Below, piece by piece: positions 37,986 through 52,280 of a stretch of DNA of 64,000 nt. The notes beneath the pieces were generated by a model, which was given only the letters and a program-made list of their open reading frames with translations, made no database searches and was not told where the DNA came from. The first letter of the stretch is position 1. Each line of letters starts with the position of its first letter. Both the position numbers and the translations under genes were made by a program. The stretch comes from Phaeosaccion multiseriatum (lineage: Eukaryota; Protista; Ochrophyta, other classes), in assembly GCA_965112735.1 (NCBI GenBank), contig OZ218962.1:2046001-2110000 (forward strand), in the 5' to 3' direction.

Positions 37986-38402
37986 GAGGAGGAGGAGGAG
38001 GAGGAGGAGGAGGAGGAGGAGAGGAAGGAGTGGGGCAAGGCGGAGAGAAGGGAGCGGCGCGAAGCGACAGCTGGGCAGGCTCTCCGCGCCGAGGATGGGG
38101 GGCGCCCTACCGACAGGTAAGCACAAGTGACGGAATGTTATTGACTTGCTGGGAACCGTAACCACAAGAGACAAGAAGGGAGGAAACTCAAAGCTGCTCA
38201 TCCTTCCCCCTCCCCCTCCTCTGCCCTCCTCCCCCATCCTCCCATCCCCCCCTGGGTACCACCCAAGGTTGGGTCCATGATTGGGGGTCTCCAACTGGAG
38301 CAGCTCAGCTCTACCGAAACGTGGCAAACGGCTCTCTGCCAACTGTTGCAAAACCTTTCGTGGATGTGCAACACCACCACCTCCCTCGTCCTCCCCTCAT
38401 GA
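33726..38402 (+). CDS. ATG6: Beclin-1/ATG6 (VPS30)-like autophagy protein with homopolymer expansions; join(33726..35161,36065..36187,36898..38116,38268..38402)
   Basis: MEESYVVL, CxxC, coiled coil, [49 protein letters not shown] and WQTAL..LLQNLSW match the Beclin ECD/BARA domain order. Phases are consistent. Confidence 0.85.
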
Positions 38403-39485
38403 CATGTCTGATGAGATGGTTCATGGAAGCCCCGCATTGCTTGTAAGTTAGTGTGGATCGATTTTTTGGAGTCGGGCGGTCGATTGATTGGTCAAGTAGG
38501 GTTGAAGTAACGAGGTCGGTTGAACTGAATGGAGCGAACTGAGTGGGGGATGTGAGGGACAGTTTGTAGGGGCTGGTGCCTCAGTTGGTGATACAGGGGG
38601 TTGATGCGGTCGGATTGCATCGGATTCGGGAGGAGAAGGGAGAGGAGGGTGTGGCTGCGCTCAGCAGCAGCAGTTGGTGATACAGCAGTAGCAGCAGCTC
38701 GGGTGTATCTAGGTCGTTGTACATAGTCAAATGTGGAGAGGGGTTAACAGTAAAAACAAAGAAACCACGCATGTCCATCACAGACGAGCAGCACAGCAGC
38801 AGCAGCTGATACACTCTTGCAACCTTTTTTTTTTAATTGTTGGCACTTGTTGTTGGTACTTGCTTTTCTTGTTTCATATATAAAAAAAGGAGCTTTTGCC
38901 CGGCCTTCACGGTACGGTACAATACTAGTAGAGAAAGGCCAGAACTGACACGGCCATACGGCCATACGGCCATACAGGGTCTCCCTTTGGCTATGTAAGC
39001 AAGTCAAGTCAAACCAAAAGGAGTCTTCTCGAAAGAGGGACAAGGCGGCGAGAGTTTCAGTTTCAGTCCCACACGCTCTCCCTCTCCCTCTCCGTACACC
39101 CCTCCCTCCTTATCATCCACTGCCATCCTCGCCACCCCCCCGCCTCTCCCCTCCCGTCTAAGGTCGGAGAGTTGAAGGAGGAGGAGGAGGAGGAGGAGGA
39201 GGAGGAGGAGGAGGAGGAGCAGCAGCAGCAGGAGCAGCTGGAGGAGGCAGGCGTCTTCCCCCCGCCCCCTCCCCCTCTCTGAGAGCGAGCCCAGCCTCTT
39301 ATCCGCTGTTCTCCGTCTCTCCCCTCCCCTCTCCACCCCTCCCCCCCTCTCTCTCTGAGCGAGTACATAAGGTGTGTGTGTGTATGAGAGAGAGACACAC
39401 GTATGCCTCTATCCAGCGACCATATGCCTCTATCCAGCGACCATATGCCTCTATCCAGCGACCATATGCCTCTATCCATCCACTC

Positions 39486-42400
39486 TTATGAAGAGCTCTT
39501 CTTCTCCTCCGCCCCGGGCTCCTCCCAGTCAGGGTTCTTCTTGAGGATCTGTGTGATGGGAGGTGGGACGAGGGCATATCAAGGTTATGAACGGTTATTT
39601 GACGGTTAGTTGACGGTGGGCAGAAAGAAAGGTAGGTAGAAAGGAGGTCGGTAGGTGGATAGGTAGGTAGGTAGGTCGGTAGGTGGATAGGTAAGTAGGT
39701 AGATAAGTAGGTCGGTAGGTGGATAGGTAGGTAGGTATGCAGGTAGGTATGCAGGTGGGAAGGTAGGTAGGTAGGTAGATGGCAAGCGGGAGGGGAGAAG
39801 GACGAGGAGGAGGAGGAGGAGGAGGAGGAGGAGGAGGAGGAGGAGGAGGAGGAGGAGGAGGAGGAGGAGGAGGAGGAGGAGGAGGAGGAGGAGGAGGAGG
39901 AGGAGGAGGAGGAGGAGGAGGAGGAGGAGGAGGAGGAGGAGGAGGACGTCAGGCACTCACCACCACTCCCTCCAGCACGCCGGAGACGGGAATGTACTGA
40001 TCCGTGGCCAGCTCCGCCCGGTCCGTCACACCGAGCAACACCTGGTGTCAGGCCGCAACCATCGGCAAGCACATGGGTACACGGGGTAGGAAGGAGGAAG
40101 GAGAAGGCAGGTGTGTTAGAGAGAGAGAAAGAGAGAGGCAGGTAGACACAAGTGAGGGAGAGAGAGAGACGTAGACACAAGTGAGTAAGAGAGAGAGAGG
40201 GGTAGGTCGACACAATTGAGTGAGAGAGAGAGAGCGAGAGAGGTCGACAACAACAAGTTAGTGAAAGAGAGACGGGACGGTAGGACTCTGTCCACCCCTT
40301 CCTCCCCCAGCTCCAGACGCTCCTCTTACCGGTGTGGTGTGTGTTTGGAAACCCGTGATAGACTTGGGCTTTCCCGCCTGACCCACTACCTCCACGGCCT
40401 GCACAGAGTGGGAGCGAGAGTCAGGGTCAGGGTCAGGGTGAGGGTCAGGGTGAGAGGTTGACGGTCAAGATCCGTGTCTAAGATCCCTTTATATCGCCCC
40501 TCCTGCTCAAGCCAGGAGAAGTTGCATATGAGAAGTAGACACATGCACGTGAAGCAGACACTGAAACAGACACACATTCTGTAACCGACACACACAAGAC
40601 ACAGAGACTCTGACACTGACCTGCCCCACGCGAACAGTGACGGGCAGCGGCTTGTTCTCCTCGTCCACAGTGAGCAACATGCGAGGGCAGATGGCGACGG
40701 CGAGGTAGTACAACATGTAGTGGTGCTTGTCTAACAGGGTTGCCTGTCGGGAGGCAGGGTAGAGGTGTATGGGTGGGGAAGGGTTGGGTGGGGTGGAGTG
40801 GGGGAGGGGTAAGAGGTCGATCGATGGTCTTTGGACATGCCCGCCTGTAGCACGGAAGACTCGAACACGCACACACACACACACTCACACTCACGCACTC
40901 CAACACACACACTTCCTCTTTCCCTCTTTCTAAGCGCCCCCTCGTATTCAGAACGAGGAGAAGTTTGTAAACTCAAACTCTAAACTAAAACTAAAACTGA
41001 AACTGAAACTGAAACCCCTTACTAACCTTCATGTGCATGCTGGCAAACATGATGGTGATGATGGCCCCCATGGCCGTGGGGTTGAGCACCAGCCTGTGTC
41101 CAATGGAAGGGCAGAGAGGGGGGGGGGGGGTGAACGAGGGCAGCAGAGAGAGGAGTGTAACGAGGGGGGTTAACAGGGGGTAAGCGGCGGGTTAACGAAT
41201 GGTTCACTCCGTATACATGCCTGCCCAAGTGAAAAGCGTGCAAGCGGGGGGACTAACGACGGGGTTCACTGTCACCGTTAACTCTCATACACATGCATGG
41301 TTAAAACCCTTCTAACACACACATACCTGTCCGAGTGGAAGGGGTGCAGGGTGAGGAGACCCTTGCCCATATGATTGAGCCCTTGTGCGATGCGTACAAT
41401 GAACAACTGATTCGCCTCGCGAGTGTAGAACTCACTCAGCTGCCGCAACAGCTGAGCTACCCTGCTGTTGTTGGTGCCTGCAGACACCAATCCAAGGCCC
41501 ATGATGGCGCTCATTTGGACTTCCGCGTCGGCATCATGACTCAAGCGAGAGAGCTGGTCCACCACCGAGTAGTCAGGGTTGGACACATGCAGAAGGGCGA
41601 GGGCAAGAGGTACCGTCTGGGGGGAGGGGGGATGGAGAGATGGATAGAATGGAGGTACGGATGGAGGGAGTGAGTGAGTGAGCTTTGTGTACGTCCAACA
41701 TATGGCAGTGGCGACCGTCTCACCTCCCGTCCCCTCCCTTCCCCTCCTCTGGCCTCCCCTCCCCTCCCTCCCTGCCTGCCTGCCTGCTTCATCTCTACGC
41801 CTTCCTTCCTGCCCATACGCCTGCCTGCCCATATGCTTCCCTGCCCATATGCCACTGACTTACCCTTCGGATGGGGAGCTCTCCATAGTGCAGGAGGTGA
41901 TCGAACGTCCTGAGGGCCATTTCACTGCCAATGTCGTCGCCAAGCGTGACCAGAGCGATGCCCAACACGGCCGCCATTTGGTGCTCCGCGTCCTGAGGGC
42001 AAAGAGAAAGGAGCGGGAAGCGGAGCAGTTGATGATACAGAGAAAAGCAGTCGATGGTGCTGCAGTAGAGTTCATGACGTCAAGTAATCACACCACTACA
42101 TAACGTACGTACCTCCTCCAAGTGCTCTGCGCACATGTGCAGCAAGCTCTGTACCTTGAGCACATTGCCAGTGGCGGCGTAGGCACACGTCTCCAGCACC
42201 ACCCGGCTGTAGCGCCCCACCTGTTGGTGATACGGGGAGGAGGAGGAGGAGGAGGAGGAGGAGGAGGAGGAGGAGGAGGAGGAGGAGGAGGGGGAGGAGG
42301 AGGGGGAGGGGGAGGAGGAGGAGGAGGAGGAAGAGGGTGGAGGGTGGAGGGAGGAGGAGGAGGAGGAGGAGGAGGAGGAGGAGGAGGGGGGGGAGGAGGG

Positions 42401-42909
42401 GGAGGAGCAAGGAGGAGAGTGGAGGGAGGAGGAGGAGGAGGAGGAGGAGGAGGAGGAGGAGGAGAAGGAGGAGGGTGGTGGTGGAGGAGGAGGAGGAGGA
42501 GGAGGAGCAGGAGGAGGAGGAGGAGCAGGAGGAGGAGGGGGAGGAGCAAGGAGGAGGGTGGAGGGAGGAGCAGAGGAGGAGGACCGAAGAGGAACGGGTG
42601 CGACGAGTGAGATGGAGAAGGGAGGCGTGAGATGGACGAGCGAGGAACATGTATCACCAACTTGCTGTGCTGTACCACCAACTGCTGTACCTACCTTGTG
42701 CTCGATGGTCTGCAGCACCTCGTCCATGGCATCTGCCTTCTCCATCTTGCCCAGGAACAGCAGCCCCAAGGCCACGCTCACGAAGCGAGTCATGGGTTGA
42801 TCGAGCTCCGCGTCGGACGACTCCATCAGTCTGGGGGGGGTGGGGGGGTGGGTGGGAGGGTGATGGATGGGTGAGTAAATGGGTGGGCAATGGGTGTTGG
42901 GAAGGAAGG

Positions 42910-42973
<64 letters not shown>

Positions 42974-43190
42974 CCACAACCACAACCACATGAACGACTC
43001 AGGCGACACTTACCTCTGCGCCAGAACGCTCGCCACGTCATCGTTGCAAGTCCCCACAAAGATTAACCCCAGACTCAGCGCAGAGAGGCCTACCTCCACC
43101 ATGTTAATGTTGTCCGTGTCTGCCACAACGGGGGAGAGCAGCTCCAGCACATCCTCTCGAGATTGCCCGGCATAGGCAATGCCCAGGCCC

Positions 43191-43221
<31 letters not shown>

Positions 43222-43466
43222 GGGGGAAAGGGATGGATGGAGGGAGGGAGGGAGGGAGGGAGGGAGAGAGAGGAGAGGAGAGAAGAAGTTGGTGTTGTTT
43301 GAGTTGATGAATTGGTTGCAGTTGGATGTTGACAACTGCCGACGACTGAGACGACTCACCACAACGCTGGCACCCACCCACACCCACCCACACACACCAC
43401 ACACACACACCCACACGCACCCACATGCACACCCACACGCAAACACACACGCGCGCGCACCCACAT

Positions 43467-43516
<50 letters not shown>

Positions 43517-45242
43517 CCCCTGATGACTCACCACAACGCTGGCACATTTGATGGCGTGGCTGCCCTCCTCCACATTGTCGCTCAGCAGCGCCACGGTGGG
43601 GTCGGCTTCGTTACGCACTCCCGCGGAGATGATGCCCACGGCAAGGGCGGCGCCGGCCTGAGGAGAGGAGGAGAGGAGAGGGGAGGGGGGGGGGAGGGGA
43701 GAGGAGGAGAGGAGAGGGGAGGAAAGGGGAAAAGAGGCGAGGGGAGAGGAGTGGGGGGCAGGGGAGGGGAGGGCCAGATCAGAAAACGGAACAACATGAG
43801 ATGGCCACACACAAGCAACACCACACCCCCCCCAACCGCACATCCATCCATCACACTCACCCCACCCGCACCCCACACACCCCACCAGTTGGTGATACAA
43901 CCCACCCACCATCCCACACCCACACCACACAGCCCACCACACCCTTCTATACCAACATCCACCCACACCCACACCCACAGCCGCACTGTGCGATGATCAC
44001 ACCTTAATGTAGTCGTCCGAGCTATGCATAAACTTGTCAATCTGTGACAAGCCTTCCTCCACATCCCAGAGCAACACCATGCCTAGCGAGGCAGCTGCCG
44101 ACATCTTCCCATGGTCCTTGTTCTTGTAGAGCCAGGCGGACGGGTCGGCGGTCATGAGAGCGTCTTTGCCGTAGCCGGCGTTGACAAAGGCGTTGACGAA
44201 GGTGCTGGCCAGGTTGGCTCGGGCGGTTTCGACTTGCACGCCTCCGGTGTCTCGCCTCCTGGAGAAGCCTGTGAACGATAGTTAATGTTAGTTCGAGGAT
44301 AAGGGGAAAGAAGTAGTAGGGCAGGGTAGGGAATAGGGGAGGGGAGGGAGAGGGGGGGGGGGGGGGGTGAGGAGGGAACAGACCGGGGAGAGGGGCGAGA
44401 GAGAAGGGAGAGGGGGAGGGTAAGGAAGAGGCTTGTTTGCACAGTACATAGTTTCAGTCTCGTCTCTCTCCGCCCACCCTCTTGTCCTCTCGGCCAGCTG
44501 CGACCTGACTAACCCTCCTCCATCTCTCCCTCCATCCCCCTCTTCTCTTCCTCCCTCTCTCTCTACCTCCCTCCCTCTAACCCCCTCTCCCTCTCCCTCT
44601 TCCTCTTCCGTCTCCTCTCCCTCCGCGCCCACCAACGCACCTCCACTCTCTGCCAGATGTGACTTGTAGATGTCCTCGGGCGTCTTGGCCTCCATCACAT
44701 CGAGGTCACGCCCAAGGGTAAGGAACTTCTCAGACAGCGTCTCATTGCCAATCACGCTGTTGGGTGTTGGGTGTTGGGTCGGGTGGTTGGAGGAGGGTTG
44801 GTGGTTCACAAGTGAGAGTGCGATGATCAGTGGGTGGATGGGTACATCACTCGGTGGACAGCTTTTCTATATTTGTCTTCCCTTCCCTTCCCTTCCCTTG
44901 CCTTTTCCCCGCCCGAGCACACACAAGCTTGGCTTTGGCAAAGAGGCAAAGGAGTAGTACGATGAATGCACAATAGTGATTAGGCAGCACAACGGACAAA
45001 GTGAATAGGCAGTACAATGGACAACAGAGAGGGTATAATGCACAATGCGCAATGCACTACAGTGGACAATAGAGAGACAGTGCAATGGACAATAGAGAAG
45101 GTACAATGCCCACTGCACAATGGACAATGGACAATGCACTCACTTGTTGAGGTCGTCTTCGTTGTCTCCCGACGCCTCATAAGCACTCCGATGGCGGCTG
45201 AGAATGAAGCCTGTGTGAGCGGCCACGAGAGAGACACACACA

Positions 45243-45286
<44 letters not shown>

Positions 45287-46941
45287 AGCGGGAAGGGGGG
45301 GAGGGAAAAGAGATAAGAACAGGAACGAATGTCCGCAGGGGGTGCAGGCACACACATGAGCCCCTCCCTCCCTCCCTCCCCCGCCCCTACCGTATCACCA
45401 ACTCACCCATCTGACTCTGTAGCGCCTTGTCCCCCTCCGTGGCAGCAAACAGCTCTCCCACTTTGTCCAAGTCGTCCATCCTCAAGGCCACTCTCAGCGC
45501 ATCTGTGGTCATGCCCTGCTGCCGGTACAGCTCGAACGCCGTCAGGAGCATCTCGGACAGGTCCTCGGGGTCCGTGTTGTAATTCGCCATTCGCAGCTGC
45601 CATTTGTTGGTTGCCATTTCATGTATGCATTTTTGGGGAAGACCGGGAAGTGAGTGAGTGAGTGAGTGAGTGGGTGGGTGAGTGAGGTGAGAGGGTGACT
45701 GACTGAGTGCGTGAGTGAGTGAATGAGTGAGTGGATGAGTGAGTGGGTGTGTGGATGAGTGAGTGAGTGAGTGAGTAGGTGAGGTGAGAGGACGGGGGTA
45801 TGTGGTTCACACCGACTCCTTACTCACCAGGTAAAGGCACACCCTCTCGTAGTTGCTCTTGTCCAGGCTCTTCCTCTTCCCCTCCCCCTCCTCTGCCTCC
45901 TCCTGCTTGTTCACCTCCGTCAGCAGCCTCGACAGCTGCTGTACCTCAACCAGCAGATCAACGGCTTCCGCTTCGGCATTATGCTGCAAGTGAAACGGCA
46001 CAATCTCGTCCACAAGCTCCATAATGTCGCTCATATCGACTTTCCCTCCTCCTCCTCCTCCTTCTCCAGCCCCTTCCACCTCCATGCCCCCCTCTTTGCC
46101 CTCCCCCCCTTTCTCCTGCTCCTCCTCGGCAGCGATTTTGTTGTTTCGCTCGGCGTACTCCCGGCCAATCTCCCCGGCAAGTGCCCTCAAGTACTCGTGG
46201 CCCCACTCCCCGAGAGACTTGGTGTTGCCGAGGAGCTTAAACCGAAGAGATTCCCTCTCTCCCTCCTTGGCCATGGTCATGCTCAGCACCGAAAGGATGT
46301 CCGCCAGCAAGCTTTAGTGCGACACGCACACACACACACAGACACAAAAGAGTTTCAGTTACTTCAAGTTACGAAAAAGCGGTGCCCAACATCACCACCT
46401 TCACCACCACCAATACCAACACACCCTCCCTCCCTCCCCTCCCTCTCCCTCCCTCCTCCCCTCCCCTCCCCTCCCCTCCCCTCCCCTCCCCTCCCTCCTA
46501 CTCACAGCTTGTTGACTCCCCCCGCTTTGTACTCCGTGTACACCTGCTTGAGAGTCTCGTAGTGAGGCCTCAGGAACTTGAGTGGCATGGGTACCGAGGT
46601 CATGGAAGTTGTTGCGGTGCGGATTTCCAGGCTGAGGTGGTCCAGAGCCATCTTTTGGATGCCCTGTTGGTGTTGTTGTTCATGTGTTTGGTTTGTTGGC
46701 GGTGGGGGCCGAGGGGTGGGAGGGGGGAGGGAGAAAGCGAAGGCCGAAGGGATGGGACGAAGGGAGGGAGGGAGGGAGCGTGGGGGGGAGGGAGAGAGGA
46801 GGGTAGGGGGAGGAGGGGGGAGGGAGGGAGGGAACAATGGGTAGAGGGGCGGGTGGCGGTTTCAGCTACGATGGACCGGTCGTAAAGTGTTAAACATGTT
46901 CTCTCCCCTCTATGGGTCATTTCACACACGCACACACGCAC

Positions 46942-46993
<52 letters not shown>

Positions 46994-47986
46994 GCACGGA
47001 TGCGCATACGCTGGTGATACGCACCTCATCTGAGTCGCTGGTCCTTGTGACGGCCAGGTCAAGCCCCTCCTTGAGGGCCCTGAGGAGGGGGAAGGGGAAG
47101 GGGAAGGGGAAGGAGGAGGGGAGGGTCAGTGAAGTGAGGAGGGAGGGACGCAAAGTCACAGGCACAGGCCCACACCGTGGACAGGGAGGGAGGGAGGGGG
47201 GGGGGGGCACGGGGCGAACTGATCTGCACATATATATATATATTGTAAGTACATATATACCTGCCCTGCCCATATGCCTGCGTACGCGTCTGCATGATTG
47301 CAACTCACTTGTGCTCCTCGGTGAGCTCGTCGGGGTCCTCCAGCAGCTTGCCGTCCTTGCCGAACTTGCCCTTCTGTTGGTGTGTGTGTATGTGTATGTG
47401 TGTGTGTGTGTGTGTGTGGGTGGGTGGGTGGGTGTGCAGGAAGCGATGATGGGGGACAGTTACGTACACCACACAGTCACACAGTCACAGACACGGGGCA
47501 GGTAGGCAGCACCAATTTGTAGTCAGCGTTTGAGGTCCAGCAGAGACACGTGGGTGTATTGGCGGTTAGGTTTGTAATTAACTGCTTATACTTTGTGTGT
47601 GTCTTGTAACTGTTGTAACTGTTGTAACTGTTGTGTGTACTTGCCTTGGTCTTGTCCTCGGGCATTTTGGTGCCATGGGGGTCTTTGGGCACTTCCTTGT
47701 CTTTGTCTTTGTTATCCTTGGGGTCCTTAGAAGGAACCTGAGGGTGGGTGGGGGGGGGGGGGGTAGAGAGAGAGGAAGGGAGGGAGGGGTGGGGTGAGAG
47801 AATGAGAGGCGAGGGATAAACAACAGAGGGGGAGAGGGGCAGAGAGGGATAGAGATACAGACGCGAGAGAGAGAGAGGGAAGGGGAGTGAGGTAAGAGAG
47901 GAAGTGAGGGTGGGAGACGGGGAGAGACAGCAAATGACAGAGACGGCGCGGAGCCAGCGAGAGAGAGAGAGAGAGACAGAGAGAGA

Positions 47987-48032
<46 letters not shown>

Positions 48033-48115
48033 CAGAGAGAGAGCTTCGGTGCCACACGAGAATGCCCAGTACCTACCTTCAGGGCCACGGCCTTTTCATC
48101 AGAAGGAGCCGCCAT
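39486..48115 (-). CDS. RPN1: 26S proteasome regulatory subunit RPN1/PSMD2, ~20 exons
   Basis: [154 protein letters not shown]; stop at 39486. Confidence 0.97.
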
Positions 48116-49360
48116 TCTCTATCTCCCTCCTTCCTTCCTTCCTTCCTTCCTTTCTTTGCCCCCTCCCCCTGACTCCTCGGAGGTGCTTGCTTGCTCTGCG
48201 GTTGCTTTCTTCAGCGGACGATGGGAAGAAGAGCAGAGACGGGCAGGGAAGGAGAGAGGAAGGGGGGAGGTAGAGAGGGCGCTGAGGGTAAGAGGCGGGA
48301 GGAGTGGGAAAATGGGGGGGGGGGGCTGGGAGCTTGCGCTAGCACTTAGAGACGAGACAGCTGGGGGTGGACGAGTAAGTCGCGCCGGAGAGATGGGGCG
48401 AGGCCACAGGGATAGAGCATAAGCCGCAGGTCGTTGCTGCTCGATGTCCACCCACGCACGCACGCGCCAGGTCACATGCAGTCTACCGCTCTCCCCTGCT
48501 CTCTCACTGGCCTAGGTTGACCCTCCCCTGCAATCTCCTTCCTCTCCCCTCTCTCCGTCACCCGGACGGGCCGCGGAGTTGAGCAACTCGCTTCATCTTC
48601 CCCTTCTTCTCCATAATATTGCACACGATACTACCAAAGCCTCCTCGAAATCATAATGCCGCTAGTCGCAATAGCTCGTACAAGCAATGGTGGCACCAGT
48701 CAGTGCAGCAGTCGGTAGCCGAGCGAGACCCAATATTTTGGGATGGCGGCAGCAGTATCTGGACCACAAGCACTGCCGATCACGTAAGAGCGTCCAGGAA
48801 CGGGGCTGCACGGTCCTTCAATACAGCGGCTGCTCCCTGCTCCCAAGTGTTCCCTCCCTCTTTGCCGAGACGCTTCCCCTCTTTTTTGTCTCCGCCACCG
48901 TCTCTTCCAACCTCTCTCCCGCGTATGCCCACCCCCCTCATACAAGCAGAAGGATTCACGGGTCCACAATGGGTAGAGCAGCAGCTGCTGCTATGAATAA
49001 AGCTACAGCTACGCCTCTCTTGAGGGCGGGAGGTGGGGCAGAGAACATCAGCAGGTCAAAACGGCCTTACCCCCTCCGGGTGTATGCCCCACGACTCGAC
49101 TGCCTTCAGCACTTACCCTTCCCACTCTTATTCCTGTTCTCCCGACCAAGATGCCGCCTCTTATTTCTCTTACGACCTTCTATCGCTTGTAGACGGGGTC
49201 GAAAACGAGAGAAGAGCGAGTAAATTGCATCCCGACACCAAATACTATCGAGGAATTTCCCATTTGTTTTTGTTATCCCCATTTTTTGTTTTTCCCCTTC
49301 TCCGACCCTTTTCTTCCCCATAAGGGCTTGCTCTTCGTGGGGGTAATCGAGAGAGGCGAG

Positions 49361-50878
49361 ATGGAGGACGAAGCGGACACGGCAATGAGGGAGAGGAAGC
49401 AGCGGAGGTGAGGGTGCGCTCGAGGTGTTGGTCAAGCTTACAATATGTCCCCGCCCTTTTTCCCGCTTCGTCATCACCTCGCTACTGCGCCCCGACTCCC
49501 TTCTCTCTCATCCACTCTCCCCTCCTCTCCCTCTCCTTCTCCCTCCTCCAATCAGACTGGAGAAGAACCGAGAGTCCGCCCGCGAGTGCCGCCGCCGCAA
49601 GAAGGCGCACATCGAGGGGCTGGAGCGCAGCATGGCGGGGCTGGAGGCAGAAAACCTCCGGCTTAAGCTGCAGCTCAAGATCGGGGAGGAGGCGGAGGAC
49701 CAAGAGGAGGAGGTGGCCAATAGGTGGGTCTGTGGTGGGGTGGACGAGGGGCGGAGGGAGTGGTGGTGGTTGATGGGTGCGTGCCGCAAAGGGCTCTCAT
49801 CATGTTTGCTCATGGCAGTCGTTGTTTCTCATACGTGCGAAGGCTGAACACCACTTCGGGGCTAGACCCTCGTCCAGTTCCTCCTCATTCCTTTCTCCGT
49901 TGACCCCTCTTCCTCCTCCTCTTGCTTATGCCCGCAGCCTGAAGGACCGCCTCGACGAGCTCATTAGTCAAGGGGCCACGGAGGGGCAGATATCGCAAAC
50001 CATGCTCGAGCTGAAGGAGAAGTTTGCAGACTATGGTGAGAGGAACTATACTCTTGCTGCTGCTGTGCTGCTGCTGTGCTGCTGCTCCCCCTCGCCCTTG
50101 CTCTATGTCCCATGGCGTGCACGCGCCCCCCTCCAACCGCTTTCCTTTCCTCGGTGTGTCTTGTGTCCAAAGCAAAGCCTGGTTCGTTAAGAGGTATAGA
50201 CGGATACTGTACGTTTCCTCTGAATTCAGACGGGGAGGTCGGACTGGGAGGTAAAAGGTAAAAGGTAGTTCATCGGCTTCATTCCCTGTCTGTCTTCTCA
50301 GCCCCACCCTTGCCTGCCCCCCTCCCCCCCGCCCTCGTCTGCCCTGCCCATGTTCGTGCACTCCGTCCGGCCCTTCCTCCCTTCCCTCTGCCTGTCACAG
50401 GCAAGGATCGCACGAGCGCCACGGTGTACCATTTGGACGAACTTCAGCGCCTTCTCATGCCCACGGCGACCACGCACTGTACCCTGGCTGCCATACTGGA
50501 GAACGCCTCAAGGGCAGCTGTAGCAGTTACAGAGGCAGGGGCGGGGCATGCAGAGGGGCAAGCGGGACCCGGTAGCGTCGCGGTTGTGAAGGCAGAGGCC
50601 GTCGGAGGGGGGGGGCAAGGCTCGGCAGAAGGAGGCATCGTAGCTCACGCAACGATGGGGTCGGGTGGGGTGAGGGTGAAGGGGGAGGAGGCGGGGGGGG
50701 GAAGGGGCGGTGGAAAGATTGGGTCTTTGTGGGATGCCGTGGCTACGGAGCTTGGGGTGACGCTGGAGCAGCAGATGAAGCTCAAAGAGAGGAGCGACGT
50801 TGTCATGGTGAGAAGAGGGACGGAGACGCGTGCACACATCGTTTGCAGTACACACACGCGCACACACAGACACACACG

Positions 50879-50909
<31 letters not shown>

Positions 50910-52061
50910 GCGCGCGCACACACACAGACACACACACACACACACGCACACACAGACACACACACACACACACGCCCTTGTGGCTGACGGGCGCACGCAC
51001 GCACACACACACACGCGCGCACACAGACACACCCTTCTGTCTGCTCTGGAAGAGCGGAATCATCACACGTTTCTACCTACCCCACCCAGTGTAGCGCTCC
51101 AGGCTGAGCGTTCGCCCTTCCCCGCCCCTTGGCACTCTTTCTCTACGCGAGCCAGCCATCTGTGAATGTGTTCCTCATTGGTTTGATTCCTGGCTTTCCT
51201 ATTCGTCCACCACTGAACAGTATTTCCCACCCCTCCGTTGCCCCCCCCTCCTTCACCCATCACACCATCACACACCACTCACAACTGGCAAACTGATGAT
51301 GTCCCACAGGAGCTGTGTTCAGACCTGCGCGAGCTCATGGACTTGGTTACGCAGCTACGGGATAGGGTGACGCACCGCAGCGAGGGACTCGACGAAGAGC
51401 TCAGTCAGATACAGCGCATTCTCACACCTACCCAGAGCGCCAAGGTGAGAAGAGGGGTAATGGATGGTCCTACGTAAGGAGCGGGTTCCTTGTTGCGTAG
51501 GAATGCCCCCTCGGGTTGTTCTGCGAGAAGGGGGAAATTGAGTTTCAAGAGCAAAACGCCCGTCCGTGCGACTGAATTGAATCTTTCTTCGCCTTTTCTC
51601 CCTCCTCCCTCCCCTCCCTTGTGTTTTTCTCCTCGAGTCTTCTCTCCTCTCGTCTCCCTCCTTCCCTCCCTCCCTCCTTCCCGTGCTTGTCTTCTCGTGT
51701 GTCTATCCTGCTGCGTACTAATCATCATTAATCATCATCATCACATCAACTTACTGACTTGACTTACTTGCTCACTGACTTACTGGCTCGTTTGACTCTT
51801 GCTGCCCTGTACTGTCTTGTCTCTCTGTGTGTCTCTCTGTCTTCTCTCTCTCCCTCTTCTTCCTCTCTCCCTCTTCTCTTTTTCCCTGCTGACTCAAAGT
51901 TCGTGTTGTGGGTGAGCAAGAACCAAGCGTGTATGCACATGCTCAACAAGCTTTGGGAGTACACGTACGAAGAGAAGAAGAGCAAGCATGGGGACGAGGA
52001 CGACGAGGGCGAAGAGGAGCAGGAGGAGGAGGCTTCGGGTGGCCAGGTCAAGGGGGTGTAG
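49361..52061 (+). CDS. bZIP transcription factor with C-terminal DOG1-like domain; join(49361..49407,49556..49722,49938..50035,50401..50807,51311..51444,51900..52061)
   Basis: [21 protein letters not shown] plus leucine heptads, and C-terminal [14 protein letters not shown]. Exons are GT-AG. Upstream exons are possible. Confidence 0.88.
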
Positions 52062-52213
52062 CAACGTAGCAACTCACGATACGATACGATGTGGTATCGT
52101 AGTGACTGTGACCGTACACTCCCTTCGATGAGACCGGGAGGGAGCAGGGGGTGGAAGCAGTGTGCACAGCAGCGCACCGAGCACACCGATCCCCACCCCC
52201 CTTGGAGGGTTGG

Positions 52214-52280
<67 letters not shown>

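Noticed and set aside
40400-40460. TCAGGG/TGAGGG hexamers as a telomere relic (also ccctga at 11155)
   Set aside because: Only a few copies, located next to intron acceptors or within introns, and not a canonical telomere unit.
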